Assembly (NCBI GenBank): GCA_036172245.1
Contig: JAYWIR010000018.1
Coordinates: forward strand, 1,364,001 to 1,428,000
Reading direction: 5' to 3'
DNA from: Raillietiella orientalis
Taxonomy: Eukaryota
DNA: 64,000 nucleotides
The number at the start of each line of letters is the position of its first letter. The stretch's first letter is position 1. Positions 1 through 11,559 of the stretch are shown in pieces. Made by a program: the position numbers and the translations under genes. The notes under the pieces are model-generated. The model searched no databases, was not told the DNA's origin, and saw nothing but the letters and a program-made list of their open reading frames with translations.

Positions 1-239
1 GCGTCGAAGGGTGGGGGTGATGCGATTAAACCGCGTTATGCGAGGACTGTCGCCGTTTTTTCGTCGCCGCCACCTCATGCAAATCTTCCGGTCTGAATCC
101 ACCTTCGTCTACTGAGATGCGGATTCAGACGGGAAGGAGTCCACTTCACGCTCGATTCCTTTCTGATGGCATCTTTTCCTACCCGGAAGTGGCATCCGAG
201 ATCCCCAGAAAGAAATGCGGCGAAATTCCCCGTGTAGGG

Positions 240-862
240 CGCTCACCTTTCCTGGGAATCACAAGCTTCTCTATGATCAAGAGATTATTTCTAGCATCCC
301 TCAGTCTCAACAGGAAAGGCATCTACTGGCACAAGCATCGCGATTTTCGATTAGCGCTTCCTTAGTCCAACGTCTCCATGACGCGTGCCGTCCTGGAACT
401 CTGTGGGTGAAGTCCCAATGGTTTTGAGTGTTGCCTCAGTGGACACGGAAAGGATGAGGACACGAGGAAGAAAGGAAGTTCGTCGTCAGTCCAGCTATAC
501 GTATCGCCGCCGTTTTATCCGACGTACCGACGAGGCTTTGGTTTTCCCGAGGCCTCAGATAGCGGCTGCCGCGATGAAACTGTGAAACCACAGACGCTCG
601 TGGTTGAATCGAACGGAAGGAAGCGGCAGGCGCAGGGGCTGATTTGAGGCAGTGAGGTACACCTCTGCAGCAATACCAGGGGCAGATGATCAGAAGACGA
701 TCTGATAAAGAGGGGTGGAAGAGAAGGGAGACGAAGATACTGAAAGTTAAGGCGAAGGGAAATGAGGGCGGTTAGCGCTGCAGGGCAGACAGCTTGGATT
801 CGCGTGAGCCCCAGGTCGGTGCTTAGCAAAATCAGGTTCCAAGGGGGTTTGCAGAACACCAT
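240..862 (-). mobile_element. Degenerate L1/Tx1-like LINE ORF2 3' relic
   Basis: Minus-strand peptides PWNLILLSTDLGLTRI (resembles post-RT W..(GG)LGL) and HWDFTHRV..RDACASRC (resembles zf-RVT), broken by stops and frameshifts. Weak motif resemblance only. Confidence 0.35.
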
Positions 863-1499
863 CAGGCAAAGAGAAAGAAACGGTACCTAGTGGAGGAACA
901 AAACCTGCTCCAGATTCAGCGTGTGCAGATGAATGCTTAGGAAGGCTGCTTCCATTCATGCTTCCTGTTCTTCTGCCGCTCTATTTCTAGTCGTCTCTAG
1001 CCTGTGCTTCGAAGCTTTTCTAGGGAAAGTGCCGTGGTTGCAGAGGTCATCTTCCTCGATGATTTGGCTTTGAGCATTTCCAGGGGTGTGCACATTGCGA
1101 AGGGCTCCAAACCGACACCTTTCCAGTGGAGCGTAAACCGAACGTGGCACGGCGGCATGTTTCCGGCTCCAGAACGCGAGTTTTCCTAGTTTTACGGGTT
1201 CAGCTTTCCTTGGAGTCAGATCTGGAATCAAACCCTGGTCTTCGATGCCTCGAAAGATGACAGTTTCCGCTCGGACGTTAAGAGGCAAGAGCGGATGTGG
1301 CTTGCAGGTGGAGTTGGAGGCGCTGGGTGGAGCTGCACGGAGGTGCTTGTGGAACTCCACAAGCGCCTCCGTGCTGTCCCGAGTTGCCTTTTTGGGGAGC
1401 TGCTCCCACCGTTTTGTAAGAAGTCATGCCGCTGAGGAAGCAGCGGTATGACTCCTTTCAGGATCTAGGATGATGGAAATCCTTTTGGGCGTCTTCAAG

Positions 1500-2220
1500 G
1501 CTATGAAGATGGAAATCCTTCTGGATTATTTTGTTTCGCTGCTTCCTTCCAGCTTCTTTTATTTGGTTCGCGAGGAATGCCAAAGAACTGTCTGCCTCCT
1601 TGTGGGGGCTCACGAAGCTCTTTGACTCTGTTCACCCACCCACCTCTTCTTCAAGTTACAAAGGTTACCCCGGGAGGGGACTGAGGGAACCTCTTCCCCG
1701 TTCTCTCCGGAGGGACCATCCGGTTTGTGGAGGCCGCACCTCATTTCTTCTCCGAAGGGAACCCTGAAAGGATCCGCTCCTGGAATTTCTTCTCCGGAGG
1801 GAACACTGGCAAGAAAACCTCTCCGTTTCCTCCCCTGAAGAGAACCCAAAGGGGCATCACCAAACTTCCCTGAAGGAAGCGCCGTGCTTCTTACACTCTG
1901 GAGAGTCAACTCCCCCAGGGGGATATCAACCAGCTCCATGGTACGGCCCCTCTTTTCACAACCGGAGAAAAAGAAACCGGCTCCGTGATTCCTGAAAGGA
2001 CTTTGGAGCAGTTCTGGCCAGTCACCGTGTGCATTAGGCTTCCACCAGTGCCGCACCCGAATAGGCTAACCAGTGTCATCCTGAGAGGAAGGAGGGAATC
2101 GAAAGCCACGACTCACCCCCCGTTCTTGACACTCGGGATCCTTCCTCGGTCAGGATTCGAACCCGCGATGCTCGGTGCCGTGTGCGCGGAGACAGCAGCC
2201 GCACGGCCGCCCCGCGCAGG
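1500..2220 (-). mobile_element. Dispersed tRNA-headed repeat (long SINE-like), copy A
   Basis: B-box GGTTCGAATCC on the minus strand at 2153-2163. Reverse complement aligns by eye to 3570-4285 (e.g. GAGTCGTGG.TTTCGA..CAGGATGAC.CTGGTT.GCCTATTCGGGTGC; + strand TTCTCTCCGGAGGGACCATCC mirrored at about 3961-3981). Boundaries approximate. Confidence 0.7.
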
Positions 2221-2474
2221 GCGAACTTCCCATTCATTGGTAAGCAGAGGTCACTCCGGCCCTCAGGTCCGATGGGGCTCTAGGTAAACGAGAGATCGGG
2301 TAGGCGAGGAGCAGAGGTGATAGAGGGAGGTTTCAAAAGGCACGGTCCCTCTTGGAGGGCCGCGATTTTCCTCATCCGGAGGGTGGTCCAGTGCCTGTCT
2401 ACGGGCAGAAGCCGGGAGAGTCGGTCCGACTGCAGGCCAGACCTTCTCATACATCACAGCGTTTCTTCCTTCAG

Positions 2475-2681
2475 GTTGCTTCCGGCCTTTGGTAGCAGCA
2501 GACGAATACGAGTGCCCGAAAGCAGCCGGGATGTTTGCCGATCCCGACAGCTGCCGCAGGTTCTACACTTGTGTCGACTTCCACCCTTACAGGAGCGTCT
2601 GTCCCTCCGGGCTATACTTCGACGACATCCTCAAAATCTGCACCTTTAGGAGAGAGGCGAGATGCGGACCGGTCACCACAA
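2475..2681 (+). CDS. Cda4: Chitin deacetylase (Cda4-like), chitin-binding peritrophin-A (ChtBD2/CBM14) exon; first visible exon, phase 1-1
   Basis: Acceptor ttccttcAG at 2473-2474, donor GTAAGT at 2682. Encodes ECPKAAGMFADPDSCRRFYTCVDFHPYRSVCPSGLYFDDILKICTFRREARCGPVTT, the six-Cys ChtBD2 spacing. Splices in phase to 6613. Upstream signal-peptide exon not identified. Confidence 0.88.
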
Positions 2682-3569
2682 GTAAGTCTTTTCTATCTAA
2701 AGGGAGGAGGGGGGGGATGACGCGTGGGGGAGGAGGGGAATCAGCAGGAGGCACATCGGGAAGGCACATCCGCTGCTGAACTCGGTCTCCCTCCTCCGCG
2801 AGGCGCGGGGTGAGGATCGAATCTCTGCGCGAGCACCCGGGTGTGCGGAAACGCCGGGATGCTCCGGGAAGACGAGGGCACCTTCCCGGAGGCGCGAGTC
2901 GGCGCTGCTCTTGTGCGAAAAACATCCTCCGGTCCTCCGCTCGAGGGAGGTTATGGAAATTTGGGCTCATCCTGACAGTTGATGAGATCATGCGCCACCT
3001 ACCTTACTTCCACATGGGTCGTTGGCGCCAAGGCGCACCGCATGGTCGCCATCCGTCCGCCGTTCCTCGGGTGTTCGCTCTTCGGAAGGCGAGGCCAAAA
3101 ACTTTGCCTCGACCTGCGATGACCTGAGAAGGGCATGCCCTGGGGAAGGGTGGAGGAAGAGAGGAGAGGGAATTTGGTGCCGTCGCCCGTCGAAAGACCG
3201 GCGCCGGCCGAGGAGCAAACCTGCGGGCAGTTTCGCCACTTAAGACTCCCATCTCCTACTTCATTCTAGCCCGATCACGCCAGAACGTCTGCTCGAATTA
3301 AGGAAACGCACATTCAAGTTCCTTGGGGCTATGATTCAGGGAGGGGCAGCACCCAGGAAATGCTCGCAACGAAGGGGGGCTTGAGGTGTAATGGAGGCGG
3401 GTAAAAATGAACACATGTGTATATACGATATGAGCAAAGCCTGTACAGATAGAGAAACCGAGGTTTGTGGTCTCTGGGACAGGGTACAGTGGGAGAAGGG
3501 AGGGTCGCCGAGTTTCCTTCTTGCGTTCCGCTTGCAGCCAGACTGCGCCATCCTCCCTGGTTTCCTATC

Positions 3570-4285
3570 GGAGGTGGGGCCGCAGCCGCTGCCCGCGTCA
3601 CCACCGAGGGACGGCTTTCCGACGCGCGGGGAAGGATGCCGAGAGCCGAGAACGGGAGTGAGTCGTGGGTTTCGAGTCTCCCCGCAGGATGACGCTGGTT
3701 GGCCTATTCGGGTGCTACACTAGTGGATGCTCCTGTTGACTGGCCGGCATTGGAAGTCGACCTTCCGGGGGCCTTCCAGGTAAACCGAGAAGACAGTTCC
3801 CTTCGGGTCCCCTTCTCCGGTTATGGAAAGAGGGAAGTACCATGAAGCTGGATGCTTCTCCCGAGCGTAAAAAGCGCTCCGCTCCCTTCGGAGGAGACAA
3901 GGAGCGGTTCCCTTACCAGGAGTCCTTCCGGAGAAGAAATGAAGGACAATTCCATTAACTGGATGGTCCCTCCGGAGAGAATGAGGAAGAGATGGTTCCC
4001 TTCGGGGATCCCTCCCCAGGAGTGGGAGGAACGGACCCCTTCCTTCGGAGCTTCCCTAGATCCATAGGGTGATCCCTTCAAGGTTGATCCCAGTAACTTG
4101 AAGAGTTGACACGCACCCTCGAGGATGGCGCGAACAGCACTGAAGAGCTTCTTGAGCCCCCCGAAAAGAGACGAACGGTTCTTCAGCAAGGGGTGAACCA
4201 AAAAAAAAGAAAACCACAAAAATAAGAAGAAGAAAAACTGGAAGGGAAGCAGCGAAGACAGAACGCGGAAGGATTCCCATCATTT
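3570..4285 (+). mobile_element. Dispersed tRNA-headed repeat, copy B (inverted relative to copy A)
   Basis: Collinear similarity to the reverse complement of 1500-2140 over about 600 nt, with internal GAAGGGAACC-type subrepeats. Head degenerate. Confidence 0.7.
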
Positions 4286-5309
4286 GTCTGCTACTGGAAG
4301 GAGGGGTACACCAACTAGGATCCTCACGGTCTCTTTGTGAAGTGCCACCGTCTTAGGGAGGGCGAAGAGTCGGCAGTCTGCGGGCGGGAATGCTCCACAG
4401 AAGGGCGACTGCCGCAACTGACAGAGCAGCTCCTCCGCTGGAAAAATGTGGTAGTCCCCTTGCTGGTAGATGAGAGCGCAGCTCTGAACCGGCCTCTTAC
4501 GTTCTTGCATTTCTGGACGTGCCGGGTGCCGAGTCGGACGCGCTCCCTTGGAAGCACCTCTTCCTTCCGGATTCCCACCTGCGCGTTGCTCTGCATCGTC
4601 CCACTGCCATCCGCAGCTCTCTCGTTCCTTCCACCCGGGTTGATCTTCTCATGGGATGCTAACGCTGGATCTCTCGCCTAGAATAATTCCCATCGCTTCG
4701 AAGACCCCTTCCGGGAATCCTCAGAGATCCTCTTCCGCCGCCCTTGGCGTTCCCTTTGCTCGCCGATCCCGGCGCACGGTCGGGAATCGCGCGTAGGGAA
4801 GCGAGGGAAGATGCCGTCCCCGTGGGTCACCCACTAGAGGGAGTCTTCGTGGTTTCCTCTGAGTCCGTGGTACTTTTTATGGTTTCGCGGAAGACGGGAG
4901 AAACAGGAAGGATGGCGGAGAGGCGCTCCTAGAACGGTCGGGTGGTGGAAAACGTCTCCAGGAAGAAAAGGGAGAAGGCGCTTCCTAGGATGAAAGGGCG
5001 AGGGAGGAGATCTTCTTCCGCCTTCCTCTGTAAGTTTCTGTCCGTGCACACGCAGCGCGAGCGCACGCAGCTGCTTTCCTCGTTGTCGGAGATGCGCAGC
5101 ATCCCGGCAACGCGTCCTCTCTGCCCAGAAGAACAGGGCTAAGTCCCTCCAATGCCTCCGTGACTTAAGATTTGGGTCGGCTGCTTCGCCCTGTCCGATG
5201 ACCCCTCGGACGGTGCGCCCTTGCATATCCCGAAGCTACGCGGCTCACCAGGATGCCCGCAGTCGTGTGCCTTGCGCGCTCTGCACACGCGCGGGGAATC
5301 TTGTCCGCA

Positions 5310-5800
5310 TCGGAGACCCTGTGGCTACGGTCTCCGCTCGTGGGACACCACCAAGCGTCGCGGGTTCGAATCCCCTCGGAGAAAATCGACGCCGAGAGAT
5401 GGGGATACGTCGCGAATTCAGTTCCTCCTGCAAGATGAACGCTGGTTGGCCTCTATTCGTTCGTGTGCGGCAGCGGTAGCGGTTGAAACCGGATGACCGG
5501 ATGAATGGCTGGGATTGGGAGTCGACCCTCTGGGTTTCCTTCCAGGAAACAGAATCAAGCAATGGGGAGTTCCCCTCCGATGTGCAAAAGGGCGGATCCC
5601 CCCTTTCGAGGGGGGACCCTCCGTCTCGTACCATGGAGTAGATGTGGTACCTCCTCGGAATGCAGAGCAGCGCGCCACTCCTTTCGGGGGGGAGCCTTTC
5701 TGAGAAATTTCGGAAGCGCCCCTTCGGGTTCTCTTCAGAGGAGGAGCAAACAGGGAGCTGTTCCCTTGCGAGTTCTCGGGGAAGAAATTCCTAACAGCGG
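5310..5800 (+). mobile_element. Dispersed tRNA-headed repeat, copy C
   Basis: GCGTCGCGGGTTCGAATCC with the B-box at 5363-5373, then GATGAACGCTGGTTGGCCTCTATTCG shared with copies A and B. 5540-5770 aligns to the reverse complement of 14180-14410. Confidence 0.65.
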
Positions 5801-6337
5801 GTCCTATCCAAGTTCCGAAGTTTCCCACGGGCGACCCGTCTCCTGTTCCGTGGGTCCCACGATCCCGCACGAAGAAAGCTCCCCTGGAATTGTGGGACTG
5901 AATCCCGCGCTCCTCCGTAGGCAAAGAGCCTGGGACGGGGGTCGCAGCTTTTCCTTTCTCCGCCGCGCCTGCTTGAACGCTGCTCCTGGCCTCTCGAAGA
6001 GGCGGCGCCTCGGCTCCTCTTCTGGCGCTGCCTCGATGCTGCGCGGCGCAGCCGGAGTTCCGAGCCGACTCTTGGGATCGGCCGGTCACGAAGCCTCTGT
6101 GCCCCCAAACTTTGAGCCCCTACCAACCGGATGCAGTCCTTCCAGATCCTTGCAGATCGAGAGATGTGGAGCATGCTCCCACCCTCCCCTTCCGGAGGGC
6201 CTGGGGCGGCTTCCTCCGCATCCGGGAGGGCGCCGGTTCCGAAAACCGGGAGCGCGTTCTGATTGTCTCACCTTCCCTGCCGGGGAGGAGGGTCCGAGAG
6301 AGGAAAACACCCCGCACCCTGGTAGGAAGAGTACCTC

Positions 6338-6531
6338 AGAATTGTAATGGAATAAAATTTTTAATTTTTTGTTTAGGGGTTGAGGAGATATTATGATAAT
6401 TATTATGGGTTTGAAGTTGATGAGAGGGATATTAAGAGATTATATTAAGAGATTGGTTAATGCATGCCAGTATAGTTAGGGGGATAATTGATAAGAAGAT
6501 GAGGTGGGAAGGAAGGGAGGAAGGGGAAGAA
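6338..6531 (+). other. Nearly cytosine-free insert; candidate NUMT (ND5-like)
   Basis: No C at 6338-6462 or 6469-6531, amid GC-rich flanks. Reads open in the invertebrate mitochondrial code from 6348. Confidence 0.5.
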
Positions 6532-6612
6532 CGCATGCGAAGCGCTTTGCCTGGAGGGCTGCTCCTTGTTTTTTCCCTCTCTTCTCATTTCTCCCGTTTG
6601 TCGCCCCAATAG

Positions 6613-6740
6613 CGGAGGCGCCGCCTATGACCGAAGACCCTTCGTCGGCAAGGAGATGCAACCAGTCGGTTTGCGCCCTGCCCGACTGCTTCTGCTCCCC
6701 CGACGGCACCCGGATACCGGGGTCCCTCGACGTCAAGGAG
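6613..6740 (+). CDS. Cda4: Chitin deacetylase (Cda4-like), linker/start of catalytic domain exon
   Basis: Acceptor ccaatAG (6611-6612), donor GTGAGT (6741). Encodes EAPPMTEDPSSARRCNQSVCALPDCFCSPDGTRIPGSLDVKE, the C..C.LP.CFCS.DGT.IPG signature of arthropod CDAs. Phase 1 in, phase 0 out. Confidence 0.9.
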
Positions 6741-8849
6741 GTGAGTCGCCCGGGTCTCCCCCGCATTCTCCGAGCGGCACACCCTCGGGTGGTGAGGGCC
6801 GCTGAGGGGGATGGATGAGGGTGTTCTGAGGTCTCCCTGGCGCCCTTCGGCCCGCGAGCGCCGTCGAGGGAGGGGCATGGAACCCGCGCGCGACGTCCTT
6901 GCTCTCAAGGGCCGGAAGGGAGGGCGGGTCAGCACGCGGGAGGGACGTCATAACCTCCCTTCCCCCGCGGCGATCGCAGCGCCCTCGAGCCGTGCCCGAA
7001 TTTCGGAACAGCTATGGAGTTCGGTCCATCCTACGATCTTCCCCTTCCTCAACCCTCCTTACCCCCCGTCGAGACAGCGCGTGGCAGCGGAGGGACGGTC
7101 TTCCTCAACGTGGACGCCCCTTTCCGGGAGAGAACGGGAAAGGGATCGATCCCCCGCCCCCAGCTTACCCGTCCCTATTGCAGGAGGTGCTCCCAGGTGT
7201 GAGCCGACGGGGTTGAAGCTCATTCCGGCCTTTGTAATCTGCCGTGGGGTACGCCGGGATGTTTCTTCCCCAGAGTCTCCCCGGGAGATCCAGACCCTCC
7301 CCTCTTTCCCCTTCCGAGAATCGGTGCTTCGAAGGGCGGAGCGACCTGCGGTCCAGCTCCAAGATGCTGCCGCTGGCTCTCCCGACCGCAGGTGCGGAGT
7401 GCGGAGCGGGTGCAGAACCCTCCAAAGGCGTGTGCGGGAACTCCCACGCGCAGCCGGAAGGCACTCAGGGCCTCGGACGTTGCTCGGATGGGGCGCAGAC
7501 AACCCTAGTCTGCAGCCCCCTGTCCAGCGCGTGGGGAAGGCGTGGGAGAGCGCACGGGAAGGGAGGGAGAGTTGTTCCCAAGTCGTTTCCTTCCCCTCAG
7601 GGATGCCAAAAACGGAGGGATGGATTCCTGCGGGGGGGAACGGAGGGGGTGGGTGAGTGAGGTCGTCCGTTCCACGAAAGCACCCCTGCCGCCCGAGGCG
7701 GTCACCAGCCGCGTGGAAACCTCCATCCTTCCCTTCGGAGATCATCCTGAGCTGCCAGAAATCAGGAAGGAGCACCTCTTGCGACGAGGGCGTGGGAGGT
7801 CTCATCGTCGTAGGTGCGGAAACCCCAGCGAGAAAATGGCGGCTCCTCTGAAAGCTCCCCATTCCGTTCGCGTGCCCTCCTCTCCCCCTATGGACCCCAT
7901 ACTCTCGGGAGGTGCGGAACGCGGTCCGAGCAAGCCAGGGAACCAGGGGGGAGGGAGAAGCCTCCAAGTGGAGTCCTCTTGGAGTCATTCCTCCTCCTCC
8001 CTTCTCCTCTTGGTCTCGGTGACCCGCGTCCAGGTGCAGGGCCGCCCGACCCCAGGACGGGCGACCTCTCAGCCGCCGTTTCGAACGACGCGGATCTTGG
8101 CGTGAGGGAAAAAAGGGGAGGAGGGGGGAGAGCGGCAGCTCCCCCCGAGGTGCGGCGCCTTCAAGCCCTCCGCAGAGACGGCGGCGCGGGAGCCGGGCTT
8201 TCGGCTCGTCTCGTGGCCCTTCGAAGGACCTCGATGACCTTGAACGATTCTGCCGAGCCGGCGCTGTAGCTTCCGCGAGACTCCCCTCCCACCTACCCCC
8301 TTTTTCCGACTGAACGGAGGCTCCTCGGAGGGCCGAAGGCGTGGGTTGGAAGCATGAAGGCAGGACTTGGGACTCTGAAAGCCTCGGCGTAATCTGGCGA
8401 CCCTCGCAATCGGCGGCGACGGAGGAAGGAAGGAGGGAGGGAGGGAAAGAAGGGGTGGTTGGCTGTCTCCTGCAGCACCGAGGGGGAGCCTCTGCCGATC
8501 TTCCCGTTTGCCTCCCGGCGAGTATGCGTGGTGCCTGTCGAGAGCGCTTCCTCCTGTCTACGGAGAGCGCGCCCTGGGGGCGGCCTCTCGCCCGTTTCCG
8601 ATCCGGCTCGGCGGCGGGAGACGTTCCGTGAACTCCTTTGTACTGCTCTTCCCTAATGGATGGATCTCCTCCGAGGAGGGGCTTGGGCCCACTCTGCCTG
8701 CCAGAGAGCGCACCCATTTTACTACTGTGCGAGTTCGCGAAAACGACTCCTCCGTCGCGCCGTGACGTCATTGCATCTGCGAGATCCGACACGGCAGACG
8801 GGTGCGTTTGAAGGCGGCTCCTCGCATGATCACTAGCTCCGGCTTTTAT

Positions 8850-9420
8850 CTTCCTTTTTTTTTTCATTTTTATTGATTTGGGAGCTGGCGAGCAGCTCAG
8901 CTGGGTGACAACGAGAGGACATTGGTGATACGGATGGCGGCTGACCGCAATCTTTCTAGCAAGTCGGTTTGTCATCGGAACACACAGCTTCCGAGGGATG
9001 CTTCCCAGCTTCCTCCTTAGCAAGTTTTCCACAGCTTGGAAAAAAGCCAGACGACAGCACCAACACGGAACACAACTCTGCCTGGCAGCGAAGCGTCTCT
9101 GCTAGTGGAAGATGACTGCCTGCTCCCCTATGCGAACTGCGTGGTCCAGGAGTGACGAAGAGGTCTCTGGCCGTGGACTGGCAGTGGTACGCGAGGCAGT
9201 GCCAGCAGCAGGAAATGCGGCTTTGTGGTGCTGTTTTCTGACGCCTCCAAGCAGACGAACCGACTGAGGGGAATTCGTTCATCCTGGAGGGCGGTGGTCC
9301 TCTTTTGCTGGCTCAAGAGAAATCTGGGTACCCCTATGCAGGAGCACGAGTTCGAGTTTGTGGTCAGTCCAGCGGAGAGTAGGAGGTTCCAAGAATTTTT
9401 TCTCTAAAGGCGTTCAAAGG
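8850..9420 (-). mobile_element. Probable 3' end of a retroposed LINE-like element
   Basis: Minus strand ends CAATAAAAATGAAAAAAAAAA. Upstream SWNLLLSAGLT resembles the 515-862 peptide, and CWHCLAYHCQSTARDLF resembles a decayed Zn-knuckle. Confidence 0.35.
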
Positions 9421-9521
9421 TGGCTTGGGGGTTCGTGCCTAGTCCTCAATCTGAGTGAGGGCTTGGGATGTATGTTTTGTGTAACTTGGATGTACTACTG
9501 TGCGTTAGTGTCACCCAAGCT

Positions 9522-11066
9522 CTGTTTCCTGACGAACTGGGGTCGAGGAATGAAAAAGTCTCGTTTCGTACGGAGACTCCATTTCGTAGTCTGTGCGTCG
9601 GAAAGAACGGAAGACCCTCGTATAAGGCGAGGTATACATTCCCCGTTATGCGGGTCCGCGTTATACGAGCCCTGTGGGTTCGTATAACGAGGACCATGGA
9701 AAATACCTTTCAAAGATATGAAATGTATCTTAAATGTATGAGTACTTGCAGAGCCGATGCGAAGATGTCAGGTGGCGCCCCTAGGCAAAAGAAAATTTGG
9801 CACCCCATGTATTAAAAAAAAAACGAAAATACTTCCACAATTTTTATTAAAAGTTAGTTTTTCGAGCTGTGTTTTCAATTTATTGCACGTTTATCATTAC
9901 AAATCACCCCAATTAATTGTTATCAATTTTTCACCCTGTAATTTGGCTCCCCTAGGCAATGCCTATATTCGCCCAATGGTAAAACCGGCCCTGGGTGCAC
10001 GTTTAAGCAGTGGAATGTATATTATTTCACTTGAAAACAAAAGTATGGAAGTTGAAAGTGCTTATTTATTATCTAACTTGGAGTAAAAAAAAAAAGAAAC
10101 GTTTGGAGGGATTGGCCGACGTGCAATATCAATGTGAACATTTCCGTGTTTTCAGGCCTGCCATTCTCCTTATTGGAAAAAGGCGCCATTTTGCGCCACT
10201 TTATTCACGAGAGTGTGAATGAAATAGAAGTGGATCTACTTAAATCACGTGTTCGTGTTCTTTTTCCATAAAAACGGCTGAGGGATCTCCACAATATTGC
10301 AATTTACCCACAGCATCGTAGGAGGCGGTGACTTACCGCGTCATACGAGGACCGTCGCCATTTTTTTTACGTCGCTGCGTTATGCCAATCTGCTTTAGAA
10401 CGGGGCGCTAATGCATCTTTGTTCCGATGGTTTTATCTTTTCCGGAATGATAATCATTATAAGGTGTTTCGTTTCAATAAGCTTAATTATAAGTTCGAAT
10501 ATGAATTAGAAAAGAATGAATGCACCTGTCGATTCTTTTCTCGTGACTGTAACAACAGTGACGTATCCAGAGAGGAAACTTTTTGATGATATTCTCTTCG
10601 CATTGGATGTATGTGGAGGCTGCTGAATATTGAAAGTAGGCTGAGAAGCATTCCGAAAGCATTCGTCGAATGAGAAAGCAGTGAATCGCAAGTGTTCTCA
10701 TTTGTTTCTGACAATTTTTGAGTGTACTGTGATGATCGAGTGGTTGAGACTGTTGTGCTTTACTGTGTGGGTGTGTGTGTGTTTCAAGGAATTCGGTGCG
10801 GATGACCAATGCATGGAAGTCATGTAAGAGAAATCACAAGAACTCATAACCATACCTCGTTATTTCCGTAGGATTGCACTGCCCCGTAACTTTGTTCTAA
10901 GGTTGCAACGATAGATAAGTGATCATCAGAGCTTCTGAAGTGAGGAATGATCCGTGTACCTCGCCTTATACGAGGGTCTTCCGTTCTTTCCAGTGCACAG
11001 ACATTACGAAATGGAGTCTCTAGACAAGACTTTGTCATCCCTCGTCTCCAGTTCGTCAGGAAACAG
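9522..11066. repeat. Long inverted repeat pair (arms 9522-9637 and 10954-11066), MITE/DNA-transposon-like
   Basis: Left arm CTGTTTCCTGACGAACTGG..GAGACTCCATTTCGTA..GGAAAGAACGGAAGACCCTCGTATAAGGCGAGGTA is reverse-complemented in the right arm. No target-site duplication recognised. Confidence 0.85.
9749..9993. mobile_element. hAT-type MITE-like insertion
   Basis: Termini CAGAGCCG / CCGGCCCTG, subterminal GGCGCCCCTAGGCAA and GGCTCCCCTAGGCAA, AT-rich core. No clean 8-bp TSD. Confidence 0.5.
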
Positions 11067-11559
11067 CAGCAAATGACACGCGGACGACTATCGTAGATGA
11101 TCGCATCTTAGGATGCCATCACGTAATTGCATCGCGCGGAGGGATTTCCATTCTGAAAAGCAAAGGTTCCTCTTGGAAAAACCTTAACTCTGAACGGCGG
11201 AGATTTTTTCCACATGTATTTCCTAGAATCCGCAAGTGGGTCAAGAAATTTTGATTTCAAATTTATCAGTATCTCCAGAAAAGAAATGATCGTGGATATT
11301 GATTCCACCTGAATTGGCTTTGGGGATGAAATTAACCCTTCTAGTGCTATGGACACATTCATGCTTTTGGCAAATGTTTTTGCCTTACACACGCGACATA
11401 AGTTAACCCTATCAGTGTTTGAGATGGACACATGCACTTACTTTCTTATAATTCCCTTAGCATCGACAGAAAACAAAATTCTATCTATAAATCTGCTAAC
11501 GATTCTGGCTTTTCAGAGAGTCACATCCTGAAAAACCGAGAGTGAAAATATTTTATTTA

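Noticed and set aside
2168..2239. ATG..GTAAGC as the missing first exon of Cda4
   Set aside because: Ends in phase 0 whereas exon 2475 needs phase 1, is not hydrophobic, and overlaps the repeat head.
5310..5385. tRNA gene suggested by the B-box (also 2141-2220 on the minus strand)
   Set aside because: No acceptor or anticodon stems and an imperfect T-arm; both sit at the head of a dispersed repeat, so treated as SINE-like heads.
7059..9032. 657-aa minus-strand ORF in a Cda4 intron
   Set aside because: Arg/Pro/Gly/Ser-rich translation typical of GC-rich noncoding DNA, crosses a poly-A tract, no recognisable domain.
9528..9585. Hammerhead ribozyme suggested by CTGACGA...GAAA plus a hairpin
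   Set aside because: No stem II pairing, no correctly placed UH cleavage site, and the GAAA is not kept in the second arm.
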